From the NCBI GenBank assembly GCA_000002445.1, contig CP000069.1, positions 576,001 through 640,000 on the forward strand: a DNA stretch of 64,000 nucleotides. Reading direction: 5' to 3'. Each line of letters starts with the position of its first letter. The first letter of the stretch is position 1. Shown here one piece after another: positions 57,244-64,000 of this stretch. The position numbers and the translations under genes are program-made. Origin of the DNA: Trypanosoma brucei (taxonomy: Eukaryota). Below the pieces are notes generated by a model. That model had not been told where the DNA came from and ran no database searches. It saw only the letters and a program-made list of their open reading frames with translations.

Positions 57244-59175
57244 TGAAGAAAGGAAAAAAGTAATATAGTCGAATGAGTGTGTGTGTACAGTTGAATACAA
57301 TAAAAGGGATTATAAGGGAGGAAAGGCACAAAGAGGGGGAGAGGAGAACCACCAGTGCAGCAAAATGACGGCAATAACACAAACGTACGCAGTCTCATGG
57401 CAATTTATCGGAAGACAACACACGAAAAAAAAACTAACTAAAAAAAAAAGCAAACGAAGTACATGCAAATCTGGCGCACTACCGGCCGCTCAGCTGTTCA
57501 TATATAACGAAATGAAAGAAAGGACCCAAAGAAAGAGTCAGGGTAGAGAACCCTACCTGGAACGATGCATTACACAACATAGGGAGGAAACAACAATTAA
57601 CAATAGCATTAGTGACCACAGTAACAATAAGGATATATATATATATATATGTATATGTAATGCTTCTTCCTTATTACTGAGTTCACTCACTCACTCACAT
57701 CGGTGCCGCGGTATCCCAACTCAAATAAGCCTCTCACGTTATGGCGTATGGATATAAAGGTAATGAACAAATGAAGTGAAATAAGAGGGTACTGGAGGGG
57801 GGACTACAACAGTTATATATATCGTGTACGTCAGCGAATCTAATAAGAGAAATGAAGAAAAAGAAGTTTCAACAAAAAATGAAGGAAAAAAGGTGAAGAC
57901 GACGATTGCGGGGGAGGGGAAACCCCAGTGCCTCGCAGTCTTCATACCTTCATTTCCATGAAATTTTCAGCAGAAACCTCACCCAATTCTTCATTTCTTT
58001 CAATCTCCACTTTTCTCCTTTTCCAACCTGCAGGCTGCAACACAGAAAACATTACATACAACATTGGAACTTGTGAGCATCCTCTAAAACACACAAAAGC
58101 TTTGGGACCCCCAAAACCGAAACAACAGAAAAAAAAACATTCTTTAGATGGTAGAGGAGGTGCCAGCCTATGTGAGCGTCTATTTTCCGTGTTCCCTCCT
58201 TTCCACTTTACAGTTCATATAGTTTGCTTTGTTTTGGCTCTGTTAATTACCCTTTGCTTCTTCCTTCGTATCAGCGTCATTTTCGTGAGCGAAAGAAAAG
58301 CACCATGTCACTGGAGAAAGTGAAAGCAAGGAAAAGGAATGGCTATGCGTCAATACCGAATGAGTTATTTGTGAAGTAAATAAAGAAACCATCGACATGA
58401 AAAACAAAAAAAAACACACAAAGAAAGAGCGAGAGATGACAATCCAAAGAATTCGCTGAAAGACAACGAATAAGGTTACTCACCATGTTGTTTCTATTCC
58501 CAATACCGCAACACACCACGCCCGTAACACGCGGATGGTTCCCCTTACGAATCTGTTGCACATGTATTGTGGGATGAGGGGCAACCTCGCATGCACACGC
58601 AAGGGGAAATCGGTATTTGGGGGGGGAGGGGGATAATAAGCAAACATGTCAACAGAAATACAAAAAGTGGATATCATGCACGATCATCAGAGGTGTGGAA
58701 CGGTCATTTGTTACTTGCATTTGTTCTACAAAACTCGTCAGGCTGCAAGACGACTCCGTGACAAAGTTGTGTTTACGCTCATGTTCCTCACCGTCGTCCC
58801 TCTTTCCTTCATCCTCTTTAATTTTTTCCTTTTTTTAAAAAAAAGAGGGATCTCTTCACCTCTTATATTATCGGTGGCACCTCTAACCTGAGGGATCACT
58901 TGTTTACCGAATATTGTTCAACATTTCCTTTCCTTCTCTTCCTCTCTGTGAAGCGAGAGCCCTCCAGTCCGCAAGAGTCCCTCTAGTCGGACTCACTTGT
59001 CTTTCATTGCAACTTCTCCCACTGATGTGATAGTTTTTATTTCCACCCCCAACCCCCTCTCCCCGTTTCCCTCTCCGGTCAGCTCTCCTCTCCGTTTCCC
59101 AATTTCATTTCGTCCCTCTCTAATTGTGTGCAACTAAACTATAAAAATAACCGAAACAATGGAAACATAAAACCC

Positions 59176-60348
59176 TCAGTCCGCCCGACTTGTTTTTTCC
59201 TCAGCAATACGTCGACCCACTTCAAACAACTCTTTCTTGGTTGTTATCTTCTTTACGGATATGTGATGTTGCTTCACATAGAGCAGAAGTTCCTCCTTTG
59301 AAAGTTCACGATAAGCTTCACTGCTGGACCTCCCGCGGATGACAGCACCCACATCTCGAGTTTGGGGAAGTTCAGGGGAATTCGTCATATCCACTGATCG
59401 GCTGCAGCTGCTTCCCCGCGATGGCGCCCGTGGGGCCGGAGAGAACTGCAGCGTTACTTGTGATGGCAGTTCCGATGAAAAAGCTGGTCCTCCAGCTAAC
59501 TGAGTTGACATATAGGCCTCCGCCAACCCCCCCTCTTCCCCAGCATTACCTTCGGGATTGCTTTCTTCCTCCTCGTAAATATGTGGCACACGTGGTGGTG
59601 GTGTTAATGTTTCCAAGTTAGCCCCATCCTTGAAGGTAACAGACTTTCGTAATCGACTTGGAGTGGATTCATTCATGGAGGCCCTACCCACTGAAGGCCG
59701 CTGCAACGGGCATGGGGAAGAATGTGGAGTCGACGCGGCGGAAGCTCCACCATCAGCGTCCTCAGAGAGCATACGTTCCTTCATATCTGGTGATGTCCTT
59801 GCTTTTGCCACTACGTTGGAAACTCTTCCGAGTAATTTCTCGAGCCACTTCCCGCTTTCCCTGGTCTCATTCGCCACGGATTCGTCTCTTTGGGTTTGCT
59901 CGGGCGTCGGAGGAGGTGCTTTCAGCACTGTGCCACTGAGGCGTGCGGAACCACGCGAAGTGACACCACCTTCCATTTTATCTGGACTGGACGGCTTTTT
60001 CGGTGACATGCTCGAACGTCTTGAAGAGCTACCCATGCCGTCCTGCAAGGTCTGGCTGTTGCGCTCGCTCTCTTTTATCGTCTTATCGAGGAGCGTTGAG
60101 GCCCGTTCTAGTGCAGCATCGCACCGCTTGGTGAGCTGCTGTGAAAGGTGGACCTCCATTTCGTCGTTACATTCCGTGGGACTCTCCCCTCGCAACCTTT
60201 TCCCACACTCTCTGAAAATTGAGCCAAATGCAAAATTCGCTTTACCGCCGTGAGCGGACTTCACTGACTCAGCCTGTGACAGCTCACTCGTGTCACTGTG
60301 GTTGCGGGCACGGCGCTGACTCGACGCGGTAGGCCTCCGGTAGGACAT
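59176..60348 (-). CDS. Ser-rich, largely disordered protein with a canonical RVxF PP1-docking motif (RKSVTF) and a short helical C-terminal domain (SAP/HeH-like); candidate PP1 regulatory/targeting subunit
   Basis: The start is ATG. The motif is ...PSRLRKSVTFKDG... ([KR][KR][VI]x[FW]). About 60% of the length is S/T/P/G/R-rich. The C-terminal helix-rich segment is ELSKEELLLYVKQHHISVKKITTKKELFEVGRRIAE. Confidence 0.6.
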   Translation of the reverse strand: MSYRRPTASSQRRARNHSDTSELSQAESVKSAHGGKANFAFGSIFRECGKRLRGESPTECNDEMEVHLSQQLTKRCDAALERASTLLDKTIKESERNSQTLQDGMGSSSRRSSMSPKKPSSPDKMEGGVTSRGSARLSGTVLKAPPPTPEQTQRDESVANETRESGKWLEKLLGRVSNVVAKARTSPDMKERMLSEDADGGASAASTPHSSPCPLQRPSVGRASMNESTPSRLRKSVTFKDGANLETLTPPPRVPHIYEEEESNPEGNAGEEGGLAEAYMSTQLAGGPAFSSELPSQVTLQFSPAPRAPSRGSSCSRSVDMTNSPELPQTRDVGAVIRGRSSSEAYRELSKEELLLYVKQHHISVKKITTKKELFEVGRRIAEEKTSRAD

Positions 60349-61055
60349 GGCAATTTTATTTTATTTTTTTCTTGGTTCCTTCAATCTCTACAGTGTGCTA
60401 TTTGAAAAAGTAATAAAACGAGGATGAACGAATGGTAGAAGAAAAAGAATGATAATTAAAAAAAAAAATACGGCCCGCTGAAACGGCACAGAAAGCGTCT
60501 GCGAAGGAAAGACATGTGCTACAAAGGCGATACAGCATGCTAGTAATAACAACGCCTTTGCATTGCTTATTCAGTTATTCACGACACCCGTAATGTTCCC
60601 CCTCCTTTACCATTAATCAGCGTGGTTTCTGGGCGGCAATACTTCTTCGCCCTTCTACAATGAAGAAGTAAAATATTACTTGAACCCTCATGTATCTCTG
60701 CCCTCTCAGGTTGTACCACCATTTTCTTCTTTGTGATACATATCTTCCCACTTTGTCCTCCTCCACAAATACATTCCCGTGACATCGACCACCATATACC
60801 CCTGCCTCCTCAACCCAACATATCAAAAAATATATATATGTACCCCCATGCACACGCACAAAACACTACATAAAAGTTAACATAGAGAGGAAGAAACCGT
60901 AAAAATATGTCAAACAAATCACAGCGAAATTCCCCTACATACAGTCGTAACACACCAACCGTTGCATCATCGTGGATATCCGTGCACCACTTTAACACCG
61001 CTTCGAATGCACACGGATATCCACGATGATGCAACCTCGCCATTCCATGCATAAG

Positions 61056-62057
61056 TCAGCCACTTTTATCACTCGGCCGTCCCTCCCCACGTCTTGTGCC
61101 CGACGCGGTTCCAGCAGGGTCCCTGCCGAAACGTACAACAATAATACAGAAGAACATGAACAGGATGTAAAGCAATACCAGACACACAACAAAGACCTGC
61201 AGGTAGTGTGGTAGGATGTAATACAATGCTAGGAAGGCAGGGGGGATGAAAATCGTAAATGAAACCATATTTCGAATCTTGCTAAAAAGAGTGGAACCCG
61301 GCAGAAGTGCAACCCCCGCGTACGCGAGGGAAACAAATACGTACTCATCGTATGCCGAAAGAAGGAAATGCGTAATGATAAGCGACATGACAAAGTAATT
61401 AGTCGTCAGCATACGAACCGCTTGGAACGCCATAAATAGACTAGGTGCAGCAATCATGGAGATTAGGTAAAGCACTTTGTGAAGGAACGGAATAGTGCGA
61501 GCGGTTTCAAAGGCCTCCTTATGTTCCTTCATATTAGCAGTCAGTACCTCTGACTGCGAGGCACTAACTCCGATGAGCATGTCGTAAAGTTCGTTGTCGA
61601 ACAAACAGATATACAGCATCGAAATGCGAGGGAAAACAAGAGTTGTAGATCCTATCACGAAGACACGAAATGGTTCCTGTTTGAAGTATGACCAAAACTC
61701 TGCTGATGTTGATACCCCCTCTCCGCACATGCATGAACCCTTAAGAAGTTTCAAATGCGCTGAAAACTTAACGACATGAATTGAATTCTCTATGGGAAAG
61801 TGCTCTTCGAAATCCGCCGGCGTCAATTCCAGCAGAGTAGGGCCGTCTATGAGATGTTTACGGATATACCCGCTGTACTCTGGATATCCTAATGTGTTAT
61901 TCATCCAGTACTCAACATCCACAACATTCCATGAACTCACCGGCTTATTTATAGGTGAAGGACGAATCACAACAGCCTCTTCTGATGATTGAACAGGTAA
62001 CGCTTGGCGGAGCATGAGCACCAACATCAACACATTCACACCACTGCGAGTGCTCAT
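61056..62057 (-). CDS. SAM (sterile-alpha-motif) domain protein fused to a polytopic (about 5-6 TM) membrane domain
   Basis: The track start at 62114 is TTG. The first ATG is at 62057 (MSTRSGVNVLMLVLML..., signal-anchor-like). The SAM-like block is WNVVDVEYWMNNTLGYPEYSGYIRKHLIDGPTLLELTPADFEEHFPIENSIHVVKFSAHLKLL. Multiple hydrophobic helices follow (LYLISMIAAPSLFMAF, YFVMSLIITHFLL, VFVSLAYAGVALL, FTIFIPPAFLALYYIL, VFVVCLVLLYILFMFFCIIVV). I did not see SMS (HYT/CGD) motifs. Confidence 0.6.
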   Translation of the reverse strand: MSTRSGVNVLMLVLMLRQALPVQSSEEAVVIRPSPINKPVSSWNVVDVEYWMNNTLGYPEYSGYIRKHLIDGPTLLELTPADFEEHFPIENSIHVVKFSAHLKLLKGSCMCGEGVSTSAEFWSYFKQEPFRVFVIGSTTLVFPRISMLYICLFDNELYDMLIGVSASQSEVLTANMKEHKEAFETARTIPFLHKVLYLISMIAAPSLFMAFQAVRMLTTNYFVMSLIITHFLLSAYDEYVFVSLAYAGVALLPGSTLFSKIRNMVSFTIFIPPAFLALYYILPHYLQVFVVCLVLLYILFMFFCIIVVRFGRDPAGTASGTRRGEGRPSDKSG

Positions 62058-62687
62058 GGTCGGTGTTACTAATGTGAGGCAACAACAAAAGTGCTTGCGG
62101 TAGAAACCCCACAATTCAATAGAAGAAAGAGGAAAACAAACACACGAAACGAATATATTATATTTATTTATTTATATTTACTGTAAAAAGACGCCTGTAA
62201 ACCCTTCGACCTCCTCCTATCTCAACAAAGGGACTTCCTCCTCACGAGCACGGCGGAGAGCGACTAAAACAAGGAATAAAACTAAAAAGAAAATGAGGAA
62301 AAATCGCAGGCAAAAATAGGGTCTGCTTGTAAACAGAGTAAAATAAAAATGCTACGAGGAAACAACAGCATATCGGTGGGGAAGAAGTAACATCAGGCCC
62401 TTTCACCACGCCCTTCAGTTCCACAACATGATTTAATAGTGATAAACAGGGAACTCGAGGAGGAGGAGGAGGAGGAAGAAGAAGAAAAAAGAAAAAAGAA
62501 TACCCTGTTAAAAAAATTTACAAATTCCACCCATACATCGTAAGAATGACCGCAAGTGGGTAAAAGCTAGGTCACTTGTACAGTTTGCACATAAATAAAA
62601 AGGAGGAGCCGTCAAATCCAACTACGTGCGTGACACTATATGTTATTTGTCAGCTCATTCTCATCCATTTTTACTTCACTCCCGCTC

Positions 62688-63998
62688 TCAAGCAACTGGC
62701 GCCGCGCCTTTCGCTCCAGCCCGACGACGACCAGTCCGGTTAATCAATGAAGATTCGGAATTGTTGTTTTTGGGGGCTGAGCCAATAGACAACTCAAGGG
62801 TAAGCACCATTTCTAATGAACTAAGTTCGTCTACCCGTTTCTCCTCGATATTTGAGAGAAGTCTCAATTCATCTAAATCGTCCTCTAAGCGCCTTGTCTC
62901 TGTTGGGAAACGATCGGACGCGTTCATCCGATCAGATGTTGACTTTTTGGAACGCCGCCGAAATGAACCAGAATTTGCCGCGACCAGCGGTGAAGATGAT
63001 TGGGGCGCCTGTGATGCACTCACGAGGAGTTGCAAAGAATTGGTGAGGTTCTTGCGAAGTTCGCGTGCATGAACCCGCTTCTCCGCCAGTGCTGCCTCGC
63101 TAAGTATAATGGGTACCTTCACAGATAGGGCTCGCGGTGGTGGCCCCGTGCTGAGAAGCAGAGAAGAACAGTCAGCGACGAAGGTGCCCATTTCGTAGGT
63201 CAGCGTCACGCTGTTACCGCTAGCAAATTGTACATCATCACGAACCTCGAGTGTGATAGCTAGCGCTTGCGCTAGCAAGTCCGAAAGTTTAGCGCTGGTC
63301 GGTATGTTAGCCCTTGCTGTATGGTTCAGTTCCGCCACGTTGTCAATTGCGTTTGGTGAAGGTTGCAACGTCCTTCTCGAGGCAGTGGTTGCTCGGCCGC
63401 TGGGGGCAGCAGGCAATATTGGTATATTCTCACACTTCAAAATTGCACCTTCCTCCCCGCCCCAGGAACCCTTCAAGGAAAAATGAGTGGCAAACTCGTA
63501 CGATATTCCGACGGCGGCGGGTTTAGCCTTCCTTTTTCCCTTCCTAGCCTTTGGTTCCGGCCGCTCTATCAACGACCGATCGTCGCGTGGTAACAGAGTG
63601 TGAAACAGGTTGGAAACTCCCTCCAACTTTACCACTGTGACGGCAATCGGCACCCCGGTCGAGACCAGGAACGACAATTCGCGCGGCGTGGCGACACATG
63701 AATGATAAGTCGACGCCCCATCTTCAACAGACGGCGCTTTCCTGGGAGACGCACTTAGTGCATTGTTCGCGCAGGGGAGGGTAACGCCGTCAAGCTTTCG
63801 CAGCCGGGGGCAACCCCTCGTTATATTTTCCTTGTAGTTGTCCAGAAGTGCAATGGGACAACCAGTAAACGTCACATCGTCCAATGTCGGATGATTACGC
63901 AATGAATCAATGGCGAGAACCAAATCGAATACGGTGTTGCGTGTTAGATCAAGCACACGGAGCGAAGGCATTTCATTGATGAAGTCAAGGCCGTCCAT
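62688..63998 (-). CDS. Leucine-rich-repeat protein (N-terminal LRRs, a C-terminal Ser/Arg-rich region); the start abuts the window edge
   Basis: The ATG at 63998 is 2 nt from the window end. LRR-like N-terminal segments read LRVLDLTRNTVFDLVLAIDSLRNHPTLDDVTFTGCPIALL and ITRGCPRLRKLDGVTL. The true start could lie upstream outside the window. Confidence 0.6.
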   Translation of the reverse strand: MDGLDFINEMPSLRVLDLTRNTVFDLVLAIDSLRNHPTLDDVTFTGCPIALLDNYKENITRGCPRLRKLDGVTLPCANNALSASPRKAPSVEDGASTYHSCVATPRELSFLVSTGVPIAVTVVKLEGVSNLFHTLLPRDDRSLIERPEPKARKGKRKAKPAAVGISYEFATHFSLKGSWGGEEGAILKCENIPILPAAPSGRATTASRRTLQPSPNAIDNVAELNHTARANIPTSAKLSDLLAQALAITLEVRDDVQFASGNSVTLTYEMGTFVADCSSLLLSTGPPPRALSVKVPIILSEAALAEKRVHARELRKNLTNSLQLLVSASQAPQSSSPLVAANSGSFRRRSKKSTSDRMNASDRFPTETRRLEDDLDELRLLSNIEEKRVDELSSLEMVLTLELSIGSAPKNNNSESSLINRTGRRRAGAKGAAPVA

Positions 63999-64000
63999 CG

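Noticed and set aside
61056-62114. Apparent in-frame stop codons (TAA at about 62100, TGA at about 62040), which would make the SAM-domain gene a pseudogene
   Set aside because: The ORF track reports an uninterrupted 352-aa translation. My reading requires row 62041 to be shifted by 1 nt, and I count 63,999 rather than 64,000 characters. This is most likely a transcription or reading slip on my side, not a real frameshift. It is flagged only so that coordinates near 62.0-62.1 kb are treated as +/-1.
1-64000. Prokaryotic-type features (operon-like defence island, CRISPR array, IS element, rho-independent terminators)
   Set aside because: The sequence is eukaryotic and kinetoplastid in character: long unidirectional array of unrelated housekeeping genes, intergenic polypyrimidine tracts, abundant microsatellites, and no Shine-Dalgarno/operon spacing. 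The only tandem repeat has 1-kb units without spacer/repeat alternation.

Overview
**Organism and organisation.** This window reads as a kinetoplastid nuclear chromosome segment and looks most like Trypanosoma brucei or a close relative.
- All 22 protein-coding genes lie on the minus strand, so the window is a single directional polycistronic cluster.
- There are no introns, no tRNA or rRNA genes and no strand-switch region.
- Purine-rich tracts on the plus strand (pyrimidine-rich on the coding minus strand) precede gene starts.
- The adjacent pair eIF4E-family gene (427 aa, PAM2-like N-terminus) then class-II aspartyl-tRNA synthetase matches what I recall as T. brucei chromosome 6 (EIF4E4 next to AspRS). 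That locus assignment is an inference, not a database result.

**Genes, in order of increasing coordinate (all minus strand):**
1. a partial gene running off the window start (1..789), missed by the ORF track
2. a large FKBP-like, coiled-coil, acidic Pro-repeat protein
3. a SUN-domain membrane protein
4. a TBC1D23-like TBC plus rhodanese protein
5. a Ku70/Ku80-family protein
6. an N-terminal-motor kinesin
7. a MAP kinase
8. PP2C
9. an alpha/beta hydrolase
10. a dolichyldiphosphatase-like PAP2 protein
11. the CPSF WD40 subunit PFS2/WDR33
12. a DAGKc lipid kinase
13. the sulfhydryl oxidase QSOX
14. a 5.75 kb tandem array, which is non-coding
15. mitochondrial ribosome recycling factor
16. an eIF4E4-like protein
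17. AspRS
18. a protein with a mitochondrial presequence and repeated modules
19. bystin
20. a coiled-coil protein
21. a Ser-rich protein with an RVxF PP1-docking motif
22. a SAM-domain polytopic membrane protein
23. an LRR protein starting at the window edge

**Start codons.** The ORF track calls TTG and GTG codons as M. I re-set several starts to the first in-frame ATG or to a biologically sensible internal ATG.

**Most interesting features.** The strongest is the near-perfect tandem array of about 5.4 copies of a 1,073-bp unit (37403..43153) that carries minus-strand C/D-box signatures and is best explained as a snoRNA gene cluster. Second is a 6.6-kb gene-free, microsatellite-laden stretch (19675..26261) inside the unidirectional cluster.

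**No novel system.** I see no prokaryote-style 'system'; the claims above are the limit of what the sequence supports.

**Caveat.** My hand-read of the displayed rows disagrees with the ORF track by about 1 nt in places. Corrected starts derived from track coordinates are not affected; coordinates I derived by hand may be off by about 1 nt.
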